NCBI RefSeq assembly: GCF_000315625.1
Contig: NW_005434628.1
Span: 164,606-228,605 of the forward strand
Direction: 5' to 3'
DNA length: 64,000 nucleotides
Origin: Guillardia theta CCMP2712
Taxonomy: Eukaryota > Protista > Cryptophyta
Position 1 is the first letter of the stretch; every line of letters begins with the position of its first letter. Of this stretch, positions 48,758 to 60,856 are shown in pieces. Under the pieces are notes generated by a model that did no database searches, was not told where the DNA came from, and was given only the letters and a program-made list of their open reading frames with translations. Made by a program: the position numbers and the translations under genes.

Positions 48758-50186
48758 TACGAGGACCTGCTAGTCTCAGGAAGGTAGGGACGAGAACAGC
48801 AGGAACGAGGAAACTAGGAGGCAGGGGGAGACTGGAGGACGAGGAGGAGGCAGCCAACTGAAGGGCTTCACTAGGCCATCCTCACAAAGGCAGAGCAGCG
48901 ACTTGCACTCGAAGGAGGGCACAAAGACGCGCCAGAGCTACGAGCAGGTCGAACTCGATGGTGATGGTGTTGGCGGTGATGAGGAGGAGCAGGAGGGAGG
49001 TACCACAAGCAGCCCGGGGAATATGCCATGCACAAGTTTGCCTACTACCTTTGCTATAAGTGCAAGCAGCCCTACTTCGGAGGGCACAGGAGCTGCGAGG
49101 TCGCTGCTGGAGTAGGCGAGGAGCGGGTATCGTCGCGTCCTCCTGCTGTCTCCTCCCTCCATCTTATCTTTTCCCTTCAAGGCTCCTCCTACCTCTATTT
49201 CCTCCTTCTTCACGCCTGACCCCCCTTGTCCTCTCCTTGCCCTGATCCCCTTCATTCTATTAACGAGAATTGAAGCAATTCGACGAGCGAGAGAAAATCT
49301 GCGGGGGATGCTCAGCTATGGGAGCAGCCGCATGTCCCAAGCATGGAACCGAAGCGATCGAGTACAAGTGCAAGGTCAGCAAGAGACCCTGCTCCCCTCC
49401 CGTACTTTTATCCCTTCCTCCTCCTCCCTCCTCCTCCCTCCTCCGTTCCCCTCAGTCCTCTTTCGATCCTGACGCCTAAACTTGCAGTTCTGCTGCTCTG
49501 TCGCCTCGTGGTTTTGCTGGGGCACAACACACTTCTGTGACTCTTGTCACCGCAAGCAGGTAAGGAGGAGAGAGAGCGTCAGCCGCTCCTTCCTCCTCCT
49601 CCTCCTCCTCTTCCTCCTCCTCCTCCTCCTCCTCCTCTTCCTCCATCCCTACTCCTCTTCCTCCATCCCTACTCCTCTCCCTCCCTCCCTGGATCTTTCA
49701 CTTGCTCGCTGGTTTGACCGTCTGCTCATGATGAGCACAGGGTACAGCCGAGTCGATGAGCAGGAAGGCGCAAAAGGATCTGCCGACGTAATGAGCGTGC
49801 GAGTCTTGCGAACGAAAGATTGACTTGAACATGCCGCAGTTGTACCCCGAAGACCTGCCCTCTCCGTATCCCTCATCCAAAGTACTCTCTTCCTCCTCCT
49901 TCCCCCTTCCTTCCTCCCTCTCCTCCTCCGCTTCCAGCCTCCCTCTCTCCCTCTCTCCCTCTCTCCCTCTCTCCCTCTCTCCCTCTCTCCCTCTCTCCCT
50001 CTCTCCCTCGTATCAACAACACAATCTACACGTCCTCGTCCTCATTCATCCTGCTCATCCATCTCTGTCTTGCTGCTTGTCGCACGTCCTTTCCCTCTCA
50101 TGCCTCCAATCATTTGCATTCTAAACAGGAATGGAACGGAATTCGTCCTTGGTTGTCAGATCTGTCGATCCGAATCCTTCTGCTGA
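45800..50186 (+). CDS. E3 ubiquitin ligase: UIM-like + RING + IBR-like N-terminus, MYCBP2/Highwire/RPM-1-type RING-Cys-relay C-terminus
   Basis: LPCGHVCLG; CSICWVEELRCAPCIRLECGH|VFHYSC..WSGVRITFGFLECPLCK; YYLCYKCKQPYFGGHRSC; CPKHGTEAIEYKCK|FCCSVASWFCWGTTHFCDSCH; CPLRIPHP; EFVLGCQICR. Confidence 0.92.
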
Positions 50187-50407
50187 AGACTGGAGATACA
50201 AGTAGGAGCAGGTGCGGGGCTGGAGGAGGAGGAGGAGGAGGAGGAGGAGTGTACGTTGTTGGCAGTGAAGATATTGTAATATCAGCAGCAATCTGCGCAA
50301 TTTGTGCCTTCATTGAGATGATTTTAATGTTCGTGCAAGGGTCATCTCAGGTCTTGGGGCCGCCAACCAGCATAGACTACAAGGGACTCTGAGGGGACGG
50401 GAGCATC

Positions 50408-50977
50408 TCAGCAGTCTGTGGACTGTTTCTTGAGGATGAACGCGCTCTGAATCGCCTCCTTCTCAGCGCTGGACGTCGCAGCATCTCGGGCAAGCACGTC
50501 CACCAGATCATGGAACGCCTCCCCGCATGCCGTGAGGGGGTCGATGGAGGTCAGAAGACCTTGCGGAGCAAGCTTGTTCTGCTTCCAGCATGGCAGGCAG
50601 TTGTCAAGGGGCTGAGAAGTCACTGTCGCACGTTGTTGCCCTTTCCTTGCTGCATTGAGGGCTACAGGACGAGTTCTGTCAGCTCCGCTCCCCGTGTCTT
50701 CCCCCTGCTCGTTCTCAGAATGCTGCAATCGGATTTTCGTGGCTTGCTCGACCCTGGGCAGAGGCCGACGATCGAAACTGATCGCATGCTGCTTCGCAAG
50801 CCTAGCTGAGATCCTCCGCTCCTCCACGTCCTTCTCCTCCCTCGTTCTGAGCACTTCGTTCACTCGCTCCTGCGCTGTATTCAGAAAGAGAAGATGGGCG
50901 AAGAGAAGAAAAGCTACAAGAGCAAGGAGGGCGGGATGCGACAGGGAAAAGGAGAGGAAAAGGAGAGGAAAAGGTAT

Positions 50978-51015
<38 letters not shown>

Positions 51016-51311
51016 AAAATGTGGAGAGACAGAGAGGGAAGGCAGGAAGGGAAGCGAGGAGAGGGAACGGGGTACAGGAGGAACGGAGCAATGGAAGAGG
51101 AGCAGACCTGCATGTCCAGGAACAAGAGGCTCGCGGTAAATTGTTTCCTCCTCACGCGCTTGTCGTCCTCGGGCCCAAAATCGTAGAAAGGGATCCCAGA
51201 GCCAGGAAACCACGGGAAAGTGTTGAAGACATTTCGCTTCCTTTTCCTGTCCTCACACTGTCGACAGACTGAATGCTCCATGGTCGGGGAAGCCCGTCTT
51301 TCTCCAGACAT
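50408..51311 (-). CDS. Hypothetical protein; boundaries uncertain
   Basis: Exon-like ORFs FYDFGPEDDKRVRRKQFTASLLFLDMQ|ERVNEVLRTREEKDVEERR flank a pyrimidine-rich intron. Confidence 0.4.
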
Positions 51312-51761
51312 TGTTACACCCGTTTACAGGTACTATTCCTTCGATCTCGTTGTACAAGCAGAAGTTGTTAGGTAATCTGCGAAGTAACCGTCATCATGGC
51401 ATCACAATAAATCAACACGTTTCTAGTTCTGGTGATCGGAATGTCAATTCACGATTTCTTAGCCCCCTGATTTTTTCTTGCAGAAGAAAGACAAGAAAGC
51501 ATCACAGCAGTGTGCAACGAATCAAAAGTCAGGACATTCAAGTCAAAGATGCAATGTTAGCTTGAATGTGAGGGCGATGAATGCAAGGTTAAGGAAGTAA
51601 ATGTACGAAAGCTTTCGTGGCTGCATTGGAACACGGGAGTCAAGGTCAGGACACAGAGGAGGAGGAGGAAGATAGACAATGGTAGGTGGTAAGTAAGATT
51701 CATCGGATTCTAGTCAGTAACAAACGAGGACGACGCGATAAAAAGCCTGTGGAGGACGAGA

Positions 51762-51806
<45 letters not shown>

Positions 51807-51839
51807 TGAGCAGGATGACAATCATGCGATGCATTATGA

Positions 51840-52440
51840 GTACGGGGCCGGGGGAAACGTGGGGGTAGGGGTAGCATTGACATGGGTGGGAGATCGTGGC
51901 GAAAGAGACCCTAGGGTGTAGCTCTGCAAGGGTGAATCCTAACCCGTGTTGACATGTGGATTTTACAGTATAAATCTATGGTAGGGTGATATTTTGGAGG
52001 GGTCAATCAGGAAAATTTCTTTTCTTATAGGTAGGGGTCATATATCCCACCCCTCACATCGGCCTCGTGTTTGATCATCCAGCGGACGGATCGGCCTAAC
52101 AAAATCCCATCATAATAATGCTTTATGGGGGGTGGGGGTACTAATATACCCCTCCATTTTACATGAAATGGTTGTTTTATGTAGGGTATGGTGGTTGAAA
52201 GAGAACAGGAGGTAGGGTGATCTTCGAGAGATCCCGATCCTTGGAGATACGAAAAATACTTCCACTAGTGTTTAGCATAGGGTAGGGTACATACAGTACC
52301 CGTCCTTTCAAATGTTTGAAATGGGGTACGAGGGGGGGGTGTAAAGTCACAACCGGGGTGCTCCTACTTGGGTACCAATGATGAAAAGAACTCTTTTCGG
52401 CTACAAAACGGTGCACAGCCTCGGACAATGTGACCTGCAA
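51840..52440. other. GGGGTA/TACCCC-rich intergenic island (type B)
   Basis: Dense GGG(G)TA, TAGGG and ACCCC words in an AT-rich background. Confidence 0.55.
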
Positions 52441-52459
52441 TGTGACTCTGTTTTGAGCG

Positions 52460-52900
52460 GGGATGCGGGGCGCCCCGCCTTCAAGGCTCAGTGGCCCGGG
52501 CACGGTTAAGTCACTGAGGGAAGGCCAACGGGCGCGCGGCCGATCGGACCAGGCCGCCCCGACACGGCCCGGAGTCGCGGGCCGTGTGCCGCAGTGCCGC
52601 TGTGCACAGTTCCGAAGTTCCGTACCGTCCGAGTCGCCCGGCTCTTTACACGGTCACCGTCGCCGGGGCGGCCACGACTCACAGTCAGTCACCCCGGACT
52701 GGGGCGGATATGATAGCCAGTGGCATGATCGGACCGGGTGCCCGGCGGCACGCCGGGCGGCCGGCCCGCCGGGACGTCGGACCGTACCGGGGTACTACGG
52801 TATGCTGGCACGCCGACTCGGAAACGCCGGCGGCCGCGGCCGGGCCGCGCGTCACGGCCGTGCCGCAGTGCCACCATCGGACCTGAATCGATTCAATCAT
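52460..52900. other. GC-rich intergenic island (type A)
   Basis: GAGTC/GACTC, GCCGATCGG and TTCCGAAGTTC words; abuts the type B island. Confidence 0.65.
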
Positions 52901-53289
52901 CAATTTTGTTGAGTCTAATCGATTCAATTCACACCAAAATGACAGAAGGCTACAGGCTACGAGTAGACAACAGTATGGCATGAGGGAGAGGCGGAGGTAG
53001 AGTAAGCTGCACAGGAGAGAAATGTAGTAGTCGTGTCTTCTCTGACGAGTTTGCATGAGAAGGAGAGGACAGATACCCTGGTGCGATCATCTTGGCAACT
53101 CCGCAAACCACATTGCAACGTCTAGTGCCCTGCAAGACAACAGCTCCTGCTCCCATCATCACGGACTTTGTTTGCTGTGTTGTAAAGCATGACACTTAGT
53201 GAGAAAATATCACATTCTTCAGCAAATTTTGCGCATGCAAGACTTTCGTCCGATCTGTGCGTTATCCTCTGAAGTTTGGTCCCAGGATC

Positions 53290-54470
53290 ATGAGCCAACG
53301 AGGAGCACCTCCGCCGCTTCCTGCGAAGCCAGCCCATCTGACAGGAGCGGTACATGGATGTACTGCGAACTCAGCAACATTGCCTCTCACTCTTGGCTTC
53401 AGGCGTCCAACGAAGATGACGATGACAAGCCCAACGATGGGTCCGTCTTCTTCTGCCTGACCATCGAATGACTGGCAGGTGTAACAGGTACAAAGTGCCC
53501 GAGAAGGTGGGAGTGCAAGAGCTGCTGGCCAAGGACCAGAATGACGAGTCTCTCCGGAGGTACAAGGAGCAGGTGCAGCGATCTTGGGTGCTCCCTTGCC
53601 CGGTCATGGTCGTTGACTAGTCCTTCAGCTTCTGGGAGCAGCTGCCAAAGGTCAGCTGGCCGTCGACCCCAACGACAAGCGCAGAGTTGTGATCACAGAA
53701 CTCAAGGTACGTGAGGAGAGCAGCAGAGGAGATCGAGTTCATCTCAAAGTTCTGTTAGATCCTCTTCGAGGATCGACCTGGAGGCGACATCACATACACC
53801 CTCAACACGCCACAGGACGTCAAGGCCATGAAGTCGAAGCCATTCGTGCGTCTCCTCTCGTCCCAGCCTGCCGTGCTGCTAAAACCTGCGTGAAGGTCTT
53901 GAAGGAGAAGTGCAACTACAAGATACAGATATCCTTCCGCGTCCAGGTGTAGCGTCTGGGTTGTCCACTGCCCAGCTGCTGATCGTGTTCCGCAGCACGA
54001 GATTGTTTCAGGTTTGAAGTACATCAACAAGGTCCGATCATCAAAGTCTTGAGTCGACATCTTCTGGTGGAGTTGAAGTCATGAGCAGGTGTACAAGGCA
54101 GGATTGAGATTGCGGAAGGACGAGGAGATGCTCGGGAGGCAAGAGGTATCCCCTGGTTATGTAGGTGACTGAAGCTTTCTTCACGACAGCTATGCTCCCC
54201 AACCACAACCCTACGTCGTGACCATCCCTAGACAAGTCGACCTCTTGTTTGCCCCTGGCCGGTGAGCTGACGTCAAACTTTCCAGACTTGGGAAGAGGCT
54301 CCGTCCGGATGGTTCGCTCGCGGGGGGTTTACGGCGAACTCTTCGTTCGCAGATGATGACGGGGTGAGTCAACTTCCAGGCAGTCTTGCGTGCTCTGAGC
54401 TTCATGGCCACGTCAGGTCAAGCACTTGGAGTACGAGTACGCTTTCGAGATCAAGTCTGGCTGGAGTTGA
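53290..54470 (+). CDS. Rho GDP-dissociation inhibitor (RhoGDI)
   Basis: KDQNDESLRRYKEQ|LLG, PF|VLKEKCNYKIQISFRVQ|HEIVSGLKY, EEMLG|SYAP, EEAPSGWFARG, DDDG|VKHLEYEYAFEIKSGW. Confidence 0.95.
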
Positions 54471-54710
54471 AGGTGGGAAAACTCCCTCAGGTTCAGGGTA
54501 CTATCTTGGTTGAGCGCCGCTGGACGCGGATACAGTTTTCCTTTAAAGCGTGTTTACAACAAGACACAAGAATATTCTCATCATCTCTAAAAACAAAGAG
54601 TTCAAAAACTTGCCCAGTTCTTTGGGTAGATCGTTTAAGAGTGTTCCAATGGGAAAACTGACACCAAGACAAAACTGTTTGGCGTAATGCGCCAAGAAGG
54701 AGAAGGAGGA

Positions 54711-54991
54711 TTACATTGTCAACGGAGGAGCTGCATACGAGGCATCATTGTACCTGAATGATTGTAAGTACAGCACAGCGCGTTGATAGAGGACAGCGAG
54801 AAAACAAAGGCTGAAGGAGGGGAGGGCAACGGCGACAAACTTACTCGACGTTCTCCAAGATCTTTTGAAGGCAGTGCTTCTGCTCCATCTCAGTGGTGAA
54901 ATGAGACACACAGAAGTCCAGGGCTTGACGCTTCTGCCTCTGGATCTGTTCGTCTACCATCACACCTCCTTCGCGCTGCATTCATCTACCT
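54711..54991 (-). CDS. Small hypothetical protein
   Basis: Exon MQREGGVMVDEQIQRQKRQALDFCVSHF..CLQKILENV ends at a gtaag donor; no known domain. Confidence 0.3.
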
Positions 54992-55524
54992 CTTCCTCGG
55001 GTAGCCACAGGATGGGGAACCCTGACATGCTGGTCGCTGCGTCTGATTTTGCGGCCGACCGTCATGTCAGAAGAAACCAAGTGCGAGAATGAGTGAAGGA
55101 AAGCTTACCTGACTGAAGACTCTCCAACTCACGCAACAGTTGAAAAACCTTGCAGACGAGCATGTCACTTTGAATTCATGGCTTTACAGGACAAACAGGG
55201 CAGTACGATAAACAGGGTCGATTTCACACATGACAACAACTCTGACATTGCATATCCTTCTTCTCTTCTCAATACAAACATCGATCATCCTCCTCGTCCG
55301 CTCTTTCTCTCCTCCTCCTCCTCCTCCCCTCCCAGTCCCCTCCGGAACACATCGCGACCATACCATCTTTTTCCGGGTAGGTTTTACAAGGATGCTCCCT
55401 TCGAGGTACCCGTACAATTACCTTTCTTTACAGGGGTACTTGAAAGAACAAAAACAAAACCGAAAAAAAGTCAGAGAGAAGCTTCCTTGACTCTACTAGG
55501 CTACTACGCTGCTCTCGAATGACT

Positions 55525-55560
<36 letters not shown>

Positions 55561-55691
55561 GCTCTACTCCGCCTTGTCCCGCAGTCGTCACCCCACTCCC
55601 TACGGGAGGAGATGAAGCATTGATAGAACGGCAGGAGAGCAGCGTTGAGGCCATCAGGAACACTGGCTCCTAGTGAGCCCACACATCGAGC

Positions 55692-57951
55692 ATGTCAGGA
55701 CAAGATCATGATCAAGATTCAAGGAGGGAGGGAGGGAGGAGGAGCGCAGCGACTTCAGAACCTTCCCTTCACCGCAGGAACGTGTCAAGAGCGGTCAAGC
55801 GCCCGACGGCATGGTACCCGCCGAGGGACTCAGACTTGAGCAGGTGAGGAGAGGTTTCAAGCGTGAGCTCGGCAACACTTGACATGCTGGCAGAGGAGAC
55901 GTGTTCAAACTTCGGAGGCGGGCTGTGGAGGAGTATGCGGTAAGGGCCAGTAGAGGGCCGGGCTCCTTATGAAGCGATGCATGCAGCGTTACATCGGGAT
56001 GAACCTCCGGCTCGACAAAGGCTTGTTGTGAGGACGGTTCTGACATGGATCGGGCTGATGGGTGACCTCTTGTCTGCAAGGTGGCTGGCAGAGGAGGGAC
56101 TATATGCCGACCTGCCTGAAGGATACAAGGAGATGAAGGACTTCACCGGGAACCCTTATTACTATAACGAGACGACCAAGACCGCCTCTTGGGAGCATCC
56201 CCTCGACGATGTGTACAGGTGGGGACGTGGATGCTGCTTTCGCGCATGTGAGACAGCGGGTTGTGGATGACAGGAAGAAGTACGCCAGCATGCGCTCTCT
56301 TCATGATTCTGCTGATCCGCTAGTTGGAAAACTCCGCCAGCGGTGAGAAATTTGTGCCTTCCACTCGCAGAGGACAAATATGACACGTCACAAGGATGAA
56401 TTCGAGGAGTTCGGAGCCTAGCACGGGCCCCAAGAGGCCATCGCCAATGAAGACTTACTTGCGATGGCTGCTCCTCAGCATGGCAGCCTGTTGCTTCTTC
56501 GCACTCCTCTACCTCCTCTCCAAGTTCTCGCTATGCATGTCGAGGCGATTCAGATGGGAAGGATCGCTGCTGTACCAGGTGCCTCAACTTGTTCCTACCG
56601 CGAGCTGAAGTATTTGAACCAAGACAGCCGCGTGCTTTGGGTCCAGAGAGGCGCTGGCCAAGTCGGGTGAGGATGGGAAGAGCGAGGACGACAGGATCTC
56701 ATCTGACTTGGATTGGAGGGTTGTCGTTCTATCGCGGGAAGAATGGCATTCCTAAGAATGCAAGTTTGGCGTTCGAGTGGTTTATGGTACGTGTCCTGCT
56801 CCACCTCCTCCTCCCCCAGCCTCCACCACCTCCTCTCCCCTCCTCTTCCGCTTCCTCTCCCTCCCTCAGAGCAACACACTCTCCTCCGCTTCTTTCGTAT
56901 TTCCTCCTCCTCACTTCCGATCCATGCAGGAAGGAGCAGCTGTAGCTGATGCAATCTGCCAGAGGATGGCTGGTATCTTGCTGATGAACGGTCTTGACCT
57001 AGGAGGAGGAGGATGGGGTTGTGAGAGAAGGGCAGGCGATGGAGTTGAAAGGGATATCGAGAGATCACGGCAGTTGCTACATGCTGCAGCTCAGAGCGAT
57101 GACATATCTGCCATGGCTTACCTTGGGTGAGTCAAGAGGTGTTGGAGACCGCTTCTTGTCTTCCGCCTCCTCCTCCTTCTTCCCCCTCCTTTGGGGCATA
57201 TTCCTCTTTCTCCATCTCCTCCCCCATCTTCCTCCTCCCTCCCTTCCCCTTTCCCCTTGTGCACTCCCTTCTCCCTTTCCCTCTCCTTCCTGTTTCTTTC
57301 CTTCTCATGCTTTCCTCACAGCTTCATGTATTACACAGTGAAGGAGTATCAGAATTTTGAGGTGAGGGTACAACATGTGCCGACGTCTCCTCATTCTGCT
57401 TTCATCCTGCAGTCTGCTGTTCTCTGGACGAAGAAATCAGCAGAGCGAGGAGACCTGACAGGCATGTTCACGTATGCCATCATGTTCGCAGAGGGAAAAG
57501 CGCTGACAAGGTACTTTCCTGGGAACCCTTCCTCTCCCTTCCTCTCCCTTCCTCCCCCTTCCTCCCCCTTCCTCTCCCATTTCTCCCATGCTTCCTTCGC
57601 CTCTCATCTCCCTTCCGTCAAATAACGACGAGCTCATGTTCACTTGTGCTTGTCAGGGATCTCAGTCGGGCATGCGAATGGCTCCTTCTTGTGGACAAGT
57701 CGGCACTTCCTCCTCCTCCTCCTCCATCCTCCCCCTGACTCTGCTGCCTCTCCAGGCATGGCAGTTCTGATCCTTCCATCGCAAACAAGGCCAAAGTCTA
57801 TCTCTCCATGCTGCAGAGCTCGATTCCCCCCCACGAGGTACTCCCGCTGCCCTCCCTGCCCCCTCTGTGGCTGACGCCTGGCTGCAAGCTGGAAAGGATA
57901 AGGAGGAAGGTGGAAAGATTCTCCCTGGTCAAGCAGGATGACTTCCTGTAG
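55692..57951 (+). CDS. CEP164-like N-terminal WW module + TM + SEL1-like repeats
   Basis: VEEYA|RYIGM..LL|WLAEEGLYADLPEGY..GNPYYYNETTKTASWEHPLD; TM WLLLSMAACCFFALLYLL; SEL1 GIPKNASLAFEWF, GDGVERDIERSRQLLHAAA, AVLWTKKSAERG. Confidence 0.8.
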
Positions 57952-58158
57952 AGTTCAGCTCGAGCTCGCTGCAACAAGCTCGAGCTCGCAGATTAGACCA
58001 GCGTTAGCGGGGATGAACGGGTAGAGGCCCTGCGGCGTGCGAGGCCGTCAGGGAGGAGGAGGAGGATGGGGAAGTGATCTTCAGACCTTGGTTCCATACG
58101 CGAGGTCTGGAGTGATCTGGAGCATGTAAAATCACAACAAGACTAGCAAGTCAGAACA

Positions 58159-58691
58159 ATGCTTCTCCACCATCACTCGCGCCTTGCTCCCGACCCTGAG
58201 CTCCAGGATCGCCATCTCAAGGCCTCCAAGGAGAGTCTCAGATCCTTGCGGGACAGGGCAGGAGCACCTTGGATGACGCTGCCGCATCCCATGCAGAACC
58301 GGAAGGGCTCTCCTCCTAGGTCCGAGTCCTCCCCGCCTGTATCGCCGACGAGGGTGCCTGTATTAAGTCAGACAGCACAAGTTGCGGGCCATGCAGACCG
58401 TCGAGTAGCATGAGCTTGTATCGGATGGAGACCTGGAACAGTTGTCGGTGGGAAGGAGGAAGGGGAGGGAGGAGGATGTACGAAGTCGTTTGGACGAGGC
58501 TGCTCTCCGTGCCCCTCCTGCAAGATCTCCGTCTTGATGCCCTGCGGTCACTCGTTCAATGCTGCAGCCGACACGACATGGATGGAGGGAGGGAGAGAAG
58601 GAGGAGAGAGGGCAAGGGGGGTGAAAGAAGAGGAAGGGGGTGTACCATGATGGGATTTCTATCCAGTCAGTCCAGTCAGAATGCGCCGTAG
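58159..58691 (+). CDS. Hypothetical protein
   Basis: Complex-sequence ORF pieces (MLLHHHSRLAPDPELQDRHLKASKESLR..; DLRLDALRSL); splice model unresolved. Confidence 0.3.
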
Positions 58692-58983
58692 TTCCTTTAC
58701 CTTTGAAATAACACCGGTAAGGAACCACCACCTCCCCGAGGGAATCGACTCCTTCACTACTCCACCATCTCTCCCTCTCCTCCTCCTCCTCCTCCTCCTT
58801 CCCCCCCTTCTCCCCCTGCTCCTCCTCCCCCTCCTCCCTTCGTTCCTATCGTTCCACTACCCATGGAATAAACCCAGTTCAAAATCCTCTATATGATTTT
58901 TTGGTAGGACCGAAAATGGTCGGGGTGGGGACTTGGCAGAGGGGAGGGGGCAGGGGGAAGGAGATGGAGAGAGAAGATGAGAG

Positions 58984-60470
58984 ATGGGGAGATTGATCTT
59001 GAAGAGATATCGACTCTATCCCCTCCTCCTCCTGCTCCTGCTCCTCCTCCTCCTCCTGCCCAGTGATGCTGCAGAATGCTGGGAAACTTGCGATGTGTCC
59101 GCATACACTGGGATGACTCCGCTACAAACTTCGGCCATGGCAGCCGCTTCATCGCCATGGTTGCATGCCCTCGGTCTCCGAGGAGGAGGCATAGATGGCA
59201 TATTGACGGATGACAACGACTATGCATTCTTCAAGCAGAAGTTCAAAAAGAAAGATCAGAAAGCGAGGAAAGCGATTGAGCGAAAGGGGGGCAGGGACGT
59301 TCGGGTCTTCAGGGACGAGGACTACGTCAAGTACGCCATGTCATCTCCTGATGCAACTGATGGCTCCACCTGTCCGTCCCCGCTCTCTCCACCTACTGTG
59401 CCTGACTAGCTGCCATGCGTCCTACCAACATGACAACACAACAACACAAGAACACATCGCGACTTGTCTGTTCCTTGTCATGAAATCACCTCATCCTCCT
59501 CTCAGCGATCATCTTTGACTTGCTTGCTGCAGGAAGAAAGCGAAGGCTTCGCCGGATCTCAAGAGGCTGGAGAGCATGCAGGAGCAGAGGCGAGCCTTCT
59601 TCTTGAAGCAGTTACAAGTCACGAGCAGCGATGACCTGCACAAACTCCTCTGGGAGGTCTCGTACCCCTCCTTCCCTCTCTCCTCCAACTTCACCCTTCG
59701 CTCTGCTCCTCCCTTCCTCTTCCTCACATCTTGCGACTCTTCTCCCCTCCTTCCCCCCTTCTTCGCCACTGACTCCCTCGCTTATCATACCTGAATCAAA
59801 CACCACTCACTCTGCTCTCTCTCCCTCCTCCTCGCACCTTCTGGATCTCCTCCTTGCTCCTCGCTTCCTCTCTTATCCTCCCACAGGCTGTAGAACTTGG
59901 GCAGGATCTTCTCGTGCGGCAGAGCGTGCAGGCAGGAGCAGACGTGAACACTCGATACTCTACGGTAGCCCAGTCCTCTCTTCCGCGCTCGACCTGACGA
60001 CGTTGTAAGATTCCAGGAGACTGGGCAGGCTTTGACATGACCAACATCAACGCTACTGTCCTCCACGTTGCTGCCCGGAATAACTACTCGAGCATCGTTG
60101 AGTTCCTGTGAAGACGCGCAGTTTTTGCTTGTAGTGACGTGTGACGTTGGTTCCTGTCAGGATCGAGAAAGGAGCAGATATCAATGCGCAGACTCGGTTT
60201 GGGATGACCCCGCTTATGACGGCCGCCCACAGGTAGGTGATGGTGCGAGTAACATGCTGGAGAAGGCAGGGAGTCAGGGAGCAGAGAGAAAAGAAGTAGG
60301 AGGGAGGGGAGGGGAGGAATGGAGTGGAAAGAGAAGAGGAGAGAGGAGGGTTGGATAGGTTGTTGATCTGTTTTGCAGAGGGTCTACGAATGCTGCCATT
60401 GCTCTAGTGCAAGCAGGAGCTGATCTCTGGGTCAAAGACACTCGGTGATCCTCCTGCTTCCTCCTCCTCC

Positions 60471-60502
<32 letters not shown>

Positions 60503-60856
60503 CTACTTGCTCCCCTCCTGCTGCTTCTGCATCTCCTCCCGCTATTACGTGCTGCTCTTGCTTCTGCTCCTCCCTCTACCTGGCCATCTCCTCCTCTCTC
60601 CCCGTCGTTCCTGCCCCCTCCCTTCCCCCATCTCGATCTGCTCTCCCACAGGATGGAGGCGAAAGTGAGCCGTTCTCGCAGCGGCTACATCGCCGCTCAG
60701 ATCGCGGAGATCTTTGCTGCTGACTGGAGGATCGCCTTGTGGCTGCGTGAAGTCTGCGAGTGGGACCAGGAGGGAAGAGCAGCTGCCATGCCGCGACCGC
60801 TGGGTGAGGAACCCGATGAAGGGGGCCACGAGGAGGAGGAAGTGGAGGAAGAATAG
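58984..60856 (+). CDS. Ankyrin-repeat protein with signal peptide + LRGG leader and a basic patch
   Basis: Poly-Leu signal peptide ending SDA; HALGLRGG; KQKFKKKDQKARK; ankyrin repeats AGADVN, TVLHVAARNNYSSIVEFL|IEKGADINAQTRFGMTPLMTAA, ALVQAGAD. Confidence 0.85.
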
